DNA of 64,000 bases, taken from contig CBDAOY010000009.1 of the NCBI GenBank assembly GCA_965198225.1, positions 672,001 to 736,000 of the forward strand, written 5' to 3'. The notes under the pieces were generated by a model. That model had not been told where the DNA came from. It saw nothing but the letters and a program-made list of their open reading frames with translations, and made no database searches. Origin of the DNA: Terriglobia bacterium (GTDB taxonomy: Bacteria > Acidobacteriota > Terriglobia > 20CM-2-55-15). Positions 44,316 through 54,861 of the stretch are shown here, piece after piece (position 1 is the first letter of the stretch; each line of letters opens with the position of its first letter). The translations under genes were made by a program, and so were the position numbers.

Positions 44316-45032
44316 TCACAGCCGCCGTGCCGCCCAGACGACGCGACCGATGACGTGGACCTCATCAGCGTTGCGTTCGTAGGTGTCGTATTCGGGATTC
44401 ACCGATTTGATGATCACCTTCGGCGGCTCGGAGTGGGGCGCGTGCTCGATCCGCTTGGCGACCAGACCCATCCCGTCCCAGATCACGAAGATGCCGGGCG
44501 GGACGGGAATGCGCTGGCCGGCATCGATCAGGATGCGGTCCCCGGCTGACAGCAGCGGCTCCATTGAATCCCCGTCGATGGCGATCATCCGGAGATCGGC
44601 CGGGCGGGCGCGGAATTCGTGCCGGATGACGGGATCGGCGAAGAACCACATCTCCCGGGTTTCCTCGAACCCTTCGTTCACAGCCCCCGGCCCCGCCGCG
44701 GCGCGGACATCGATCTCTGGAACCGCCACGTAGCCCTCCGGCGGGCTGGCCAGCACGCTGGGCTGCATCACTGCTCTTTCTTTGCGGGGAGCCGGCTTCG
44801 TACGCGGCTTCCGGGGCGGTGGCGTTGCGTGTTTGAGCTCTTCGGACCGACAGCCGAGATGCGCCGCCAGCGCGCCGCGGTCGTGCTCGGACAGGATCCT
44901 GGGCGTGCCGCGGTAGATGAACTGATGCAGATAGGCCGCGTTGCGGCCCATCGTGAGCGAGGCGTTCTTGAGGTCGCTGCCGCGGTCCTGGATCAACTGG
45001 AGGACCGTGAGCCGCACCGGGTCGAGATCCAT
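44316..45032 (-). CDS. CI/LexA-like repressor with S24 peptidase domain
   Basis: N-terminal HTH, AAAGPG cleavage site, GDSMEP, VAKRI, IGRVVW; GGAGG RBS. Confidence 0.9.
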   Translation of the reverse strand: MDLDPVRLTVLQLIQDRGSDLKNASLTMGRNAAYLHQFIYRGTPRILSEHDRGALAAHLGCRSEELKHATPPPRKPRTKPAPRKERAVMQPSVLASPPEGYVAVPEIDVRAAAGPGAVNEGFEETREMWFFADPVIRHEFRARPADLRMIAIDGDSMEPLLSAGDRILIDAGQRIPVPPGIFVIWDGMGLVAKRIEHAPHSEPPKVIIKSVNPEYDTYERNADEVHVIGRVVWAARRL

Positions 45033-45121
45033 GGCAAGCCTCCTTCCATAATTCATTGATAGGAAATTAACAATCTTTTCTGATTGACGCAATAGGAATC
45101 CTTGTCTTGAATGTTCCTATC
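45033..45121. promoter_or_regulatory. divergent CI/Cro switch region with putative operator half-sites
   Basis: AT-rich; ATAGGAA twice and TTCCTAT; TTGACG -35 candidate. Confidence 0.55.
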
Positions 45122-45385
45122 ATGAAAACCCTGACCGAACAGTTCCATACGGCAGTCGAGGAGTTCCTCGAGCGCACCGGCTTCAAGCCGACGGAATTCG
45201 GGCGGCAGGCCGTCGGGGACCCCTCGCTGGTGCTGAATCTGCGCCGCGGACGCTCGCCGACACTGGCGACGGCCGACCGGATCCTCGCCTTCATGGAGGC
45301 GTGTGACCGGGAAAGCGGGCCGCGGCGGGCGGGAAGCGGCGATGGGGATTTTCCTCATATAACGATCGGGCGGGTCGATGACTGA
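45122..45385 (+). CDS. Cro-like HTH protein
   Basis: FLERTGFKPTEFGRQAVGDPSLVLNLRRGRSPTL; divergent from the repressor. Confidence 0.75.
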   Translation: MKTLTEQFHTAVEEFLERTGFKPTEFGRQAVGDPSLVLNLRRGRSPTLATADRILAFMEACDRESGPRRAGSGDGDFPHITIGRVDD

Positions 45386-45623
45386 GATCTTCAAGCCCGA
45401 TGTGGACGCGGCGCCCCGAATTCTGCGTCTGCCGGAGGTCCGGGCCCGCACGGGCCTGTCCCGCAGCACCCTCTATCTGCGCATGGCCGAGGGCCGCTTT
45501 CCGAAACCCATAGCACTGGGTGAGCGGGCGGTCGGCTGGATCGAGGCGGAAGTCGATGCGTGGCTGCACCGGCAGATCGCGGCCAGCCGCCGTGCGCGGC
45601 CTCGGGGAGGCCGGACCCCATGA
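45378..45623 (+). CDS. AlpA-family regulator / excisionase
   Basis: ILRLPEVRARTGLSRSTLY...FPKPIALGERAVGW. Confidence 0.9.
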   Translation: MTEIFKPDVDAAPRILRLPEVRARTGLSRSTLYLRMAEGRFPKPIALGERAVGWIEAEVDAWLHRQIAASRRARPRGGRTP

Positions 45624-45692
45624 GGGCGGCGCTCGGAACCGCGGCGCTAACGGGGGCCATGGAATGATCCGGGGCCAGGAGAGGGAGAAAAC

Positions 45693-45884
45693 ATGATTCA
45701 CGAGAGAGAAGAGAACGGCGAGAAATACACATCGGTCGAGACCGAGGATGAATTTTGGAAGGCGTTAAACCGTGGGAAGACGGTTGAGCTGACCTGGGAA
45801 CTCGGTGAGCGGATCGGTTTGATGGAAGAGGATGTCGGCACCGTGGAAGAGATTAACGCGGCCAGACACGACCGGCATGACTAG
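45693..45884 (+). CDS. small hypothetical protein
   Basis: GGAG RBS; identical protein in the second copy (34137-34328) despite synonymous SNPs. Confidence 0.75.
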   Translation: MIHEREENGEKYTSVETEDEFWKALNRGKTVELTWELGERIGLMEEDVGTVEEINAARHDRHD

Positions 45885-45901
45885 AGAAACGGAGGGGCTG
45901 C

Positions 45902-46986
45902 ATGGAGAAAAAGACGTTCTGGCAGCGTAGCGAGGACTACGCGAGGAAAGTGAGCGGGGAGATCATCGAGCAGATCAAGGCGGGGGTTGCGCCGTGGCAG
46001 AAGCCGTGGAAGCCGGGGGAGGCGATCAGCGCCGAGAACTTCTCGACCGGCCAGAAGTACACGGGCGGCAACAGCCTTTATCTCATGAGCCGCGCGATCC
46101 GCGACGGACGGGGCGACAACCGTTGGGGCACCTACAACCAGATCCAGGCGGCGGGGGACAGGTTCGCAGAGGCGAGAAAGGGACGAGGGTCTTGTTTTTC
46201 AAGGACCGGACGGCGAGGGCTTTGAAGGACGAGCAGGGCAAGGTGCTCAAGGACAAGGACGGCAAGACGATCTACGAAGAAGAGCAGCAGGCTTATCCGA
46301 TGTGCAAACAGTACACGGTGTTCAATGTCGAGCAAGCCGATGGATTGGAGTTGAAGCCGCGCTCTCGACAAGCGCGGCCCGAATGGGACGCCCACCGCGA
46401 CGCGGAGAAGGTGATCGAGGCGGCCGGTCCGGCCGTGCAGCACGTCGCCGGAGATCGCGCCTACTACCGCATGGCCGAGGACAAGGTGGTGCTCCCGGAG
46501 CCGAGTCAGTTCCCCACCCGGAACGGCTACTACCAAACGGCGCTCCATGAATGCGGCCACTCGACCGGCCACCCGGACCGCATGGACCGGGACACGCTCA
46601 AAGAAGGGATGGAGAAGGGGTTTGGATCGCCGGAGTATGCGCGGGAGGAATTGCGGGCCGAGATCAGCGCCATGATGACGGGGGAGCGCATCGGCGTGGG
46701 GCATGACCCGCAGCGTGGTGCCGCCTATGTGAAGGGTTGGGTCGAAGTCCTGGAAAAAGACCCGCATGAGATTCACAGAGCGGCGCGGGACGCGCAGAAG
46801 ATGAGCAATTACCTGATGGATCGTGCGATCGAGCGCGAGGTCGAAGCGCCGGTCCAGGAGAAGACGGCGGCGGAGTTCACCCGACAATACTCTCACGCTC
46901 GCGGCCCACAGATTAGCCATGCCCCGAAGCAACCCACCGAGCAGCCCGCGCACCAACAACAGCGAGACATGGGGCCAGGCCGGTAA
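45902..46986 (+). CDS. ardC: ArdC-family antirestriction protein (ssDNA-binding + zincin domain), 1-nt G-run frameshift
   Basis: PWQKPW, YTGGN, VFNVEQ, ALHECGHSTGH, YAREELRAE; the G-run at about 46153 is one G shorter than in the first copy. Confidence 0.88.
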
Positions 46987-46995
46987 GGAGGGACC

Positions 46996-47892
46996 ATGTT
47001 CGATCCGCGAGACTTCACCCCCGACCCCCGTAGGAGCGTCAACCTCCCCAGGCGCGATCACGCGAAGGAGCGAGAACAGCAGCAGCGTGACGGCCACAGG
47101 CGCGAATACGATCCGCGCCCGGAGCATCAGACGTTCGAGGGGCGTGTGAATCGAGCCTTAGCGGACGTGGGGATATACCGCAGCGTTGCCTACCGCGACT
47201 TGGCCGAAGCTCATTTCGACGGGCACCCCTACGCGGCGCGCCGCGGCGTGGATCGGATGGTTCGCGCCGGACACGTCCGGGAGCATACCGCCCGTGGACC
47301 GCATGGCGGCACCTACAAGGTACTCACGCTCACCGAGCGCGGAGTGGAGCGGGCGGAGGGGATCGCCCGCGAACAAGGACTCGACAAAGAGCAGAAGGCA
47401 TGGAGCGGCCTCGTGAAACGCGGGGAACTTCAACATGACGTGGCCGTGTTTCGAGCCGCGAGGATCGAGCAGGTGCGGCTACTCGAACAAGGAGCCGTCT
47501 TGAAGCGCATCCGTATTGATGCCGAACTCAAACGCGAGATCGCCCGCGCCACGGAAACCGCGAGGGCGCGAGACGGGAAGAAGGCGGCGGATGCCGCCCG
47601 GTTCAAGGCAGCGGAAGAGTTGGGGCTTCCCGTCAAGGATGGACGGGTCGAGTACCCGGACGCGCAGCTGGAGTACCACGACATCGAGGGCCGCACCGGG
47701 CGCGTCAATGTCGAGATTGCGACCGAGCACTACAGCGCCAGGAGTATCGGCGCAAAAGCCGCCGCTGGATTTGTCGTGCATGGAAGCAACGGGCGGGCGG
47801 CGGCACGGGTGGCGCGGGCGCTCGGGCGGGACCACAGCGCCGGAGGCGGAGGTGGTGGGCGCGGACGAGACAAAGGCTCGATCGAACTTTAG
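46996..47892 (+). CDS. putative relaxase (wHTH + PD-(D/E)xK, Replic_Relax-like)
   Basis: LTLTERG wHTH end, LQHDVAV, YPDAQLEY...VNVEIATEHY; directly upstream of the T4SS genes. Confidence 0.55.
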   Translation: MFDPRDFTPDPRRSVNLPRRDHAKEREQQQRDGHRREYDPRPEHQTFEGRVNRALADVGIYRSVAYRDLAEAHFDGHPYAARRGVDRMVRAGHVREHTARGPHGGTYKVLTLTERGVERAEGIAREQGLDKEQKAWSGLVKRGELQHDVAVFRAARIEQVRLLEQGAVLKRIRIDAELKREIARATETARARDGKKAADAARFKAAEELGLPVKDGRVEYPDAQLEYHDIEGRTGRVNVEIATEHYSARSIGAKAAAGFVVHGSNGRAAARVARALGRDHSAGGGGGGRGRDKGSIEL

Positions 47893-47904
47893 AAGGGAGA
47901 TCCC

Positions 47905-48228
47905 ATGCAACCGTGGAAGATCAGTGTCGGACTGACGGCCATCATCATGGCGGCCGCCTTGATGCTCGCCGGCGAGAGCTTTGCTTATCTCAAGCCTTAC
48001 TTCTGGATCATCGTCACCGATCACTGGATGCCCGTCGCGGGGTACGGCGGGCTGGCCCTGGTGACGCTTATGGTCGTCATCTACTCCGCCGCCCGCGCCC
48101 TGGGTCTGGCCGACATGGGCCTCAAGGTCGATCTGATGGAGCGGTCCATTCGGCGGGGCGAGGGCGGACAAGCCGAGTTGGCCGAGAAACTGGAACAAGA
48201 GGACCGGGGGCAGTTTCCCGGAGCCTGA
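47905..48228 (+). CDS. small membrane protein
   Basis: Two hydrophobic segments; RBS GGAG. Confidence 0.65.
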   Translation: MQPWKISVGLTAIIMAAALMLAGESFAYLKPYFWIIVTDHWMPVAGYGGLALVTLMVVIYSAARALGLADMGLKVDLMERSIRRGEGGQAELAEKLEQEDRGQFPGA

Positions 48229-48261
48229 AAGCGAACGACCCATCACACACGGAGGGAAAGC

Positions 48262-48592
48262 ATGAACCCCAAGAACTCAATCATCTGGAAGCGAGGCGCC
48301 CTCCTGGCGGGCTGGCGTCCTTGTCGTCATCTACTCCGCCGCCCGCGCCCGGCGGACAGAACTCATGGCCCAGGGCGTGAGCCCCTGGCTGCAGGCCGTG
48401 GATGTTCTCGAACAGGCGTTCACCGGACCGTTCACCGGACCCATTGCGCGAGGACTGAGCTTGATCGCCATTGTGGTTGGCGGGATCATGTTCGCCTTTG
48501 GCGAGGGCGGCAGCAAAAAGGCCCTGGCCGGGATCATCTTCGGCCTGGGCATGGCCATGGGCGCGGCGAACTTCATGGCGTGGCTCTTCTGA
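48262..48592 (+). CDS. virB2: TrbC/VirB2 pilin (signal region disrupted by a 28-bp insertion; 12-bp in-frame duplication)
   Basis: SPWLQAVDVLEQAFTGP(FTGP)IARGLSLIAIVVGGIMFAFGEG; 48323-48350 copies 48073-48100. Confidence 0.8.
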
Positions 48593-48888
48593 TGGAGCGC
48601 GGCAAGACATGGCGCGGATATCCCGCGCTCAGCAAGCCGCTCACGATCATGGGGGTCGAGCGGCGCTGGTTCCTGTTGAGCGCGACCCTGGGCCTTTCCA
48701 TGTGGAACGCCATCAACTCCATTGTGACGGGCGGGGTGATCTTCGGGGTGCTTTACGGGGCGGGATTCTGGGCCTGGAAGCAAGACCCGAACATGCTTGA
48801 AATCTTGCGGGCGTCCGCAAAGTTTCACGCCCGCTACGATCCCGGCAAGTGGGCGGATGCGCCCTGGACGCTCCGGATTCGGAGATAG
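48592..48888 (+). CDS. virB3: VirB3-like protein
   Basis: ALSKPLTIMGVERRWF...KQDP; lies between the pilin and VirB4. Confidence 0.8.
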   Translation: MERGKTWRGYPALSKPLTIMGVERRWFLLSATLGLSMWNAINSIVTGGVIFGVLYGAGFWAWKQDPNMLEILRASAKFHARYDPGKWADAPWTLRIRR

Positions 48889-48891
48889 CTC

Positions 48892-51315
48892 ATGAATGTG
48901 GACAACGAACTATTGGACTACGGCGCGGCGGGATCGCTGGCCGAGGAACTGCCCTGGTGGGGTTGGCTCGAAGACGGGCGCACCTGTCTGACGCGAAGCG
49001 GCGAACTGATGACGATCGGGCGGCTTGCGCCGAGTGTTTTGGACGGCCAGACCCCCGAACAACTGGACCGGGTGATCGACCGCTGGCAGCGCATGTTGAG
49101 CGGCCTCGATTCCCGGACCCGGCTTTACTTCTACCTGTTGCGCCGTCCGGTCCGCTTTGCAGACGATGCAGACGGTTCGGCATCGAGCGTGGCCGCACTG
49201 GGACGGCGAAAGCGTCATGCGTTCTTATCCGAGCGAGTGCAGGACGTGAGCGTCTACGTCGCGTGGGCGCACGATCCGCAACTCTCCGCCGTGGCGACGG
49301 CCCGGACGGACGGGCCGTGGTGGATGGCCACTGCCAGGAACTGGATGGCGCGGCGGCGCAACCCGCATGAATCCGTTTACCTCCATTCCTCTATCGAGGG
49401 AGCGGCGGCGGCGTTCCGGCAGTTAGTCGAAGCCAGCCGGGCGCTGGTCGATGATCTGACGCCGTTGCGGGTGCTCGAAGCGCCGGAGGCGTCCCGGGTG
49501 TTGAACGAACTCACCAACCGCCCCGGAACCTTCTGGGACGGTGCGACCGGAAGCGGGATGAACTGGCGGCTGGCCGTCTCCGAGCTCGAAGCGGAGCGCC
49601 GTCACCTACGCCTGGACGGGGAGCCCGTCATTTTGTACTCGCTGCTTTCTCCTCCCGGTGCGGCTCACGCGAATCTTCTCGAGGGTCTTTACCGGCTCGA
49701 CGCGACGATGACGGTGACGCTCGAATGGCGGCCGCAGCGCCTTGATGCCGCAAGGCGCAAGATCCGGGGGGCGCAGCGGCATTACTTCTCGAAACGTTAT
49801 TCGATGGCCGCGCACGTTCAGGAGACCGAGGGCACATCGGTAGCGATGGAGGACACGGCGGCGGCGGCGGAATCCGACCGGCTGGGCGATGCCCTGGTCG
49901 AGCTGGAGACGGAGGGGATCGCCTACGGCGACTTTGCCCTGACCGTGGCGATCCACGGCTCGCTATCCGAGACCGAAAGCCTGGACGGGGATATTCGCCG
50001 CATCTTCGCAAGCCATGACGCGAAGGTGATCCGGGAGGGTTCCGGGCAGCTTCCGGCCTGGTTCTCGAGGATGCCCGCGCAACCGCGACGGCGGCAGGTC
50101 CGATCCGTGTTTGTATCGGCGGGTGCGGTGGCGTGCATGGCCCCGATCTTCGGGCCTCCGGTGGGAACGCCCCAGAGCGGCCACCTGCGGCAAGGCGCGC
50201 TGGCGATCCTTGAGACGCAATGGAAGACCCCCTACCACTACGATCTGTTTGCCGGCGACGTGGGACATACGCTGGTACTGGGGGCGACCGGCGCCGGTAA
50301 GAGCTTTTCGTTGAACTTCCTGCTGGTCCAGGCGCTCCAATACGATCCGCGTGTGCTCATCCTCGATCTGGGAGGCTCCTATCGCTGGCTGACGCAGTTT
50401 CTAGGGGGCGGCTATATGGAGCTATCGCCCGAAGGAGGCGGGAGCGCGGGTTTTCGGCTGCGCCCCTTCTCGCTCCCGGCGGGGGAGCGGACCTTCCAAT
50501 TTCTCACCGGCTGGATATCGCGTCTCTTGAGAATCGGCGGGTGGAACCTCAGTGGCGAAGACCCGAGCGAGATCCGCTCCCGCGTCGAAGACCTCTACGC
50601 CTTCGCACCCGACCGGCGGACCCTGGGGGTGCTGGTCCGTTCCCTTCCGGCAAAGATGTGGCCCGCTCTGGGGCGCTGGCACGGAGACGGGGCGTGGGCG
50701 AAATACTTTGACAACCCGGCGGACGGAGACGACCTCAACTTTGCCGACTGGCAGGTGATCGACCTGGCGGGCGCGGCGGAGCACGAAGACTTGTGCGAAG
50801 CGGCGCTGTTTTACTTACTGGAACGGTTGCGCCTCGCCCTGGAAAATCCCGATGAAACGGCCCGCGTGAAACTCATGGTGGTCGATGAAGCCTGGCGCTA
50901 CCTGCAAGATCCGGCAGTCCTTTCCTATCTCGCGGAAGCGGCGAAAACCTGGCGCAAGAAGAACGCCGCTTTAATCATGGCGACTCAATCCGCCGTGGAC
51001 GTGACCGGGACCGCAGGGGCGGAAGCGTTGCTGGAGTCCATGCCGACCAAGCTTTTTCTCGCCAATCCGGACTTGCCGGAGAAAGCCGCCGAGACCTTCC
51101 GGCTGAACCCTTCGGAAGTGAACACCATTCGCGGCCTGATCCCCAAGCGGGAGCTTTACCTGCGCCGCACCGACGCGGCGGGCATCCTGCGCCTTGAAGT
51201 CGATCCGGCCAGCTATTGGCTCTATACCTCGTCGCCCGTTGATGCTCAGAAACGGGCCGCGGCGGTCCAACAATACGGCCTCGCCGAGGCCATTGAACAC
51301 CTATCGAGGAGGTAG
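48892..51315 (+). CDS. virB4: VirB4/TrbE ATPase
   Basis: GHTLVLGATGAGKS, LDLGGSY, VVDEAW, KTWRKKN, ATQS. Confidence 0.92.
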   Translation: MNVDNELLDYGAAGSLAEELPWWGWLEDGRTCLTRSGELMTIGRLAPSVLDGQTPEQLDRVIDRWQRMLSGLDSRTRLYFYLLRRPVRFADDADGSASSVAALGRRKRHAFLSERVQDVSVYVAWAHDPQLSAVATARTDGPWWMATARNWMARRRNPHESVYLHSSIEGAAAAFRQLVEASRALVDDLTPLRVLEAPEASRVLNELTNRPGTFWDGATGSGMNWRLAVSELEAERRHLRLDGEPVILYSLLSPPGAAHANLLEGLYRLDATMTVTLEWRPQRLDAARRKIRGAQRHYFSKRYSMAAHVQETEGTSVAMEDTAAAAESDRLGDALVELETEGIAYGDFALTVAIHGSLSETESLDGDIRRIFASHDAKVIREGSGQLPAWFSRMPAQPRRRQVRSVFVSAGAVACMAPIFGPPVGTPQSGHLRQGALAILETQWKTPYHYDLFAGDVGHTLVLGATGAGKSFSLNFLLVQALQYDPRVLILDLGGSYRWLTQFLGGGYMELSPEGGGSAGFRLRPFSLPAGERTFQFLTGWISRLLRIGGWNLSGEDPSEIRSRVEDLYAFAPDRRTLGVLVRSLPAKMWPALGRWHGDGAWAKYFDNPADGDDLNFADWQVIDLAGAAEHEDLCEAALFYLLERLRLALENPDETARVKLMVVDEAWRYLQDPAVLSYLAEAAKTWRKKNAALIMATQSAVDVTGTAGAEALLESMPTKLFLANPDLPEKAAETFRLNPSEVNTIRGLIPKRELYLRRTDAAGILRLEVDPASYWLYTSSPVDAQKRAAAVQQYGLAEAIEHLSRR

Positions 51316-51318
51316 CTT

Positions 51319-52164
51319 ATGTTGAAAATTATTCCACCGGCTGTGGCGGCGGCGATTCTCGCCCTGTCGGTGCCGTTGATCGCACAGGACGGAGACGCGG
51401 TGTTGCGGATCATCGAAGCCGAAGATCAAATCGTCCAGATCCGGGCCCGGACCCGGCACACCACCGTCATCGTGCTTCCCGCGACGGAAACCGTGCTGGA
51501 TTTTGTCGTGGGCGATTCCGAGTATTGGCACCTGACCGGAGCCGCGAATCTGGCTTTCCTCAAGCCCATCGCCGAGGGCGTGACGACCAACGTCGCGCTC
51601 GTGTGCGCGTCCGGGCGGATCTATTCGTTCCTCGTCACCGAGAGCGGCGCGGGAGATCCGCATCTGGTGGTCCGCGTCGAGGAGCAGGGGGGCGCCGACC
51701 CGCGCATCTCGCCGACCGGCCATGAGCCCGCCTTTGTCGCACGGAGCCAGGTGGCGGCCTATCAGCAAATGGCGGAGTCGGCGATCGAGACGGCCCGGGC
51801 CGCTCAGGTGGACGCCGATGCCCGGATCGCGGACGCGGTGGCGCTCGCGGCGGAAGAAACAGAGGCGTTCCGGGCGGAGTATCCCACCCGGCTCAAGTTC
51901 TCCTACCGATTGGAGGATGACGCGCTCAAGTGGCCGTTCCTGGTCGAGGGGATGTGGCACGACGGGCGCTTTACCTACCTTCGCTCTAACGCCCAGGAGT
52001 CGCCCACCCTCTACGAAGAGAAAGACGGCCAACCGGCGCTCGTGGCCTACGACCTCGGCGAGGACGGGCTGTACATCGCCCGGCACGTCTTAGGTGACGG
52101 ATGGTTGCAGATCGGCAAACAGAGAGTCCGGTGGCGCTTCACCGCGCCGGAGATCGGGCCGTGA
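51319..52164 (+). CDS. virB9: VirB9/TrbG family protein
   Basis: Signal peptide; TTVIVLP...VGDSEYW, FLKP...TTN, WHDGRFTY, PTLY. Confidence 0.85.
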   Translation: MLKIIPPAVAAAILALSVPLIAQDGDAVLRIIEAEDQIVQIRARTRHTTVIVLPATETVLDFVVGDSEYWHLTGAANLAFLKPIAEGVTTNVALVCASGRIYSFLVTESGAGDPHLVVRVEEQGGADPRISPTGHEPAFVARSQVAAYQQMAESAIETARAAQVDADARIADAVALAAEETEAFRAEYPTRLKFSYRLEDDALKWPFLVEGMWHDGRFTYLRSNAQESPTLYEEKDGQPALVAYDLGEDGLYIARHVLGDGWLQIGKQRVRWRFTAPEIGP

Positions 52165-52957
52165 GCGGGTGGCGGCGGCTCTATGCGAAACCGGCGGGCT
52201 CGCTGCCGGGCGGGATTGTCACTCAATGGGGCGTCGGGATCATCACCATCCTGGTCCTCCTGCTTCTGAGCGCCTACATCTATTTCGGGGGCGGTGAGGA
52301 AGCGGAGCTTGAGGAGGGCGCGGAGACGGTGCAGGACCTTCGCCTACGTCGATCCGGGGCACAGTACCGCTTCGGAATTGCACTCCTGGGGAGCCGCGCA
52401 TGGACCGCTTTGGGATGCGTTGCGGAAGACAGGGCGGCAGGTTCGGGTGATCGCCATTGGCGCTGAAAACAAGACGGTCGAGCGGGCGGAGCGGGTGTTG
52501 CGGGCATGGCAGCCGGCAGCGCATCTTGGTGCCGCGAGGGACGCGAGTCATCGGCACGGCTCAGGCCGTGGCGAACCAGGATCAATCGCGCCTTGCCGTC
52601 AGTTTCCACCGCTTGATCTACCCGGACGGGCGTTGGGTGTCACTGGAATTTCACGGGCTCAATCAACTCGGCGAGGGAGCCTTGAAAGATCAGGTGAACC
52701 GCCACTACTTTTCCATGTTCGCCGCTGTCGGGGCGGTCGGTGTCCTCAGTGGACTGACGGCGGCGGGCGGCAACCCTTACGAGGGCGGCGTGGCGGGCTT
52801 CGGGGCCGGTGCCGGGCAAGGGCTCGGCCAGGCTGCGACGCGCATCCTGGACCGTTTCCTGAATCGTTTACCCACCATCACCATCCGTGCCGGGCACCGG
52901 CTTCGCGTTTGGTTCACGTCCGACGTGCGGGTTCCCCGGCCCCAACAAGGAGATTGA
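52161..52957 (+). pseudogene. virB10: VirB10/TrbI, chimeric (foreign segment at about 52340-52515, middle missing)
   Basis: N-terminal TM; C-terminal ILVPRGTRVIG...RLIYPDG...DQVNRHY...PTITIRAG. Confidence 0.8.
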
Positions 52958-52958
52958 A

Positions 52959-53286
52959 ATGAAAATGTACCGGAAAGTCTTGACCGTTGTGCTCCTGGTT
53001 CCGGTCCTCATCATGCTCACCACTACGCCCGCACATGCCCTCGGCGGCGGACCCGGGGGAGCCAAGCGAAGGGCTGACGGTGAAGCAGGAAATCCAGGCG
53101 ATTGACGAAGCGATGACGCATAAGGACCGGGAATTTCTGGCCCGGTACGGGGGATTCGGTGGAGCCGTGAAACGGTCTGCGGCGCTCCAGAGTCTGCCCG
53201 AAGCGAAGGTGACGGAAGGGGTCTCGATTGACGACTACTCGACCTGGTTTGCGGAGCGATTCGCCGGTCCCGAAGGAACTCGGTAA
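52959..53286 (+). pseudogene. secreted T4SS protein N-terminus (VirB5/TrbJ-like position) fused to an unrelated C-terminus
   Basis: MKMYRKVLTVVLLVPVLIMLTTTPAHA signal peptide, then a frame change. Confidence 0.4.
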
Positions 53287-53335
53287 TGGGGGTCAACAGC
53301 AATGGGAAATGTGGCATGATTCGAGGGATTTTTTC

Positions 53336-53599
53336 TTGCAACACCTTCCGATCCAGGATGCAACACCCTCAGAGAGGGGGGTGTTGCAGGATTCGGACAA
53401 AAGGTGTTGCAATACCACATCCTCCTATCTCCTTAATTCTTTTTTGGTTATCCCATACCAATCGGCCTCCACCGTGCCGATCCAGCGAAATCGGGAAGGA
53501 CGATAGCGACCCCCCTAAAAAGCGCGGGGTCATGTGGCCCCGATAGAGGCGAGGTGTTGCACGCCTCTATCCGGCCCCATGAGGGTCGCTATCGTCCTT
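53336..53599. promoter_or_regulatory. candidate oriT / protein-binding region
   Basis: Five TGCAACACC/GGTGTTGCA sites in nested inversion plus a 104-bp hairpin (53496-53599). Confidence 0.5.
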
Positions 53600-53666
53600 A
53601 ATTGATCCCTGCGGGAAGGCTCGGAAAACGCTCCCGGCGGGGCGCTGACGGAAGGGAGACAGACCT

Positions 53667-54861
53667 ATGAAATGGCGTCGATTCATTCCTCATATCCTTC
53701 TGTTTTTCGGCGGGCTGGGGTACGCCGTGTGGAGCTTTGTCCGGCGTCCCTTCCCCATGCTTGGGGAGAGTCCGCTGCTCGACCTGATGGACTATTACAC
53801 CCCCAACTTCTACGGGTGGGTGATGCTCTGGTACTACGTTTCCCCCTTCGTCTTAGTCATGCTCGTGGGGCTCATTGTTCTGTCCGTTTGGAAGGTCTGG
53901 CTGGAGGGCCGGAGGCGGGATTTCGCCCCCTTCGGAACACTCCCGGCGTGGCCGCTGTCTTCCAAACAAGCGGGCCCCGCCATCGTCGTCGGCGAGGTTC
54001 ATCATCCGGTCGAGGCCCGCGAGATCTTCAATCCTTCCTGGCTCATCATCCCGGAGCGGGGACTGTATACCGGAGTGGCGATCTTCGGGGCCGTGGGGTC
54101 CGGGAAAACTTCGGCGTGCATGCACCCCTTCGCCCGGCAACTGCTCTCCTGGCAAGCGGAGAATCCACAGAAGCGGGCGGCGGCGCGCCGGTATCAACCC
54201 GGCGCTGGCCCGCGCCGTGGGCGTGATGCTCAAGAACGCCTGGCTCCAGGCGCTTCTCATGCGCCCGGCCCGGATGAAGGAGTCGCCGGGCGTCTACTTT
54301 CGGCCCGCCGTCTTTATCTGTGACGAATATCAGTCGTTTGCTTCGGTGGGCGAGGACGATCCCTCGGGCGATGAAAAATCCTTTGCCCTCACCCGCCAAT
54401 GCCGCTGCATCCCGATTGTTGCCACACAGTCTATTTCCTCGCTACGATCCGTATTGGGGAGCTCGGAGGCGTGGCGCTCGTTGTTGCAGACGCTCCGCAC
54501 CCGCATTTTCCTGTCTCTGAGCGATGACGCCTCCGCCAGGATTGCATCGGAGTTGTGCGGGCAGGTGGCGAAGATCAAGGGATCGTACACGATCAGCGAG
54601 ACCTCCAGGCGGGCGGAAGTCTCCCCGCTGTCTGGCCGCGCCGGGGGAGGCGGCGGCAGCATCGGCGCGACCAAGTCATTCCAGGAGCGCCGCGAGGCCG
54701 TGTTTCACCCGCGAGACTTCGCCTTGCTGGGGAACTGCCAGGCGATCTGCCTCCCCTATGACGGGGCGCAGTCGCTGGAGCCGCGCCGGGTCTACCTGAA
54801 ACCTCATTATCTGCCCCAGGAGCACTCCTATTGGAGAGCGAAAGAAGTGGGGCAATTATGA
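53667..54861 (+). pseudogene. virD4: VirD4/TraD-like coupling protein with internal deletion
   Basis: TM helices and GAVGSGKT Walker A; junction at about 54185; FICDEYQ...VATQS C-terminal domain in another frame. Confidence 0.85.
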
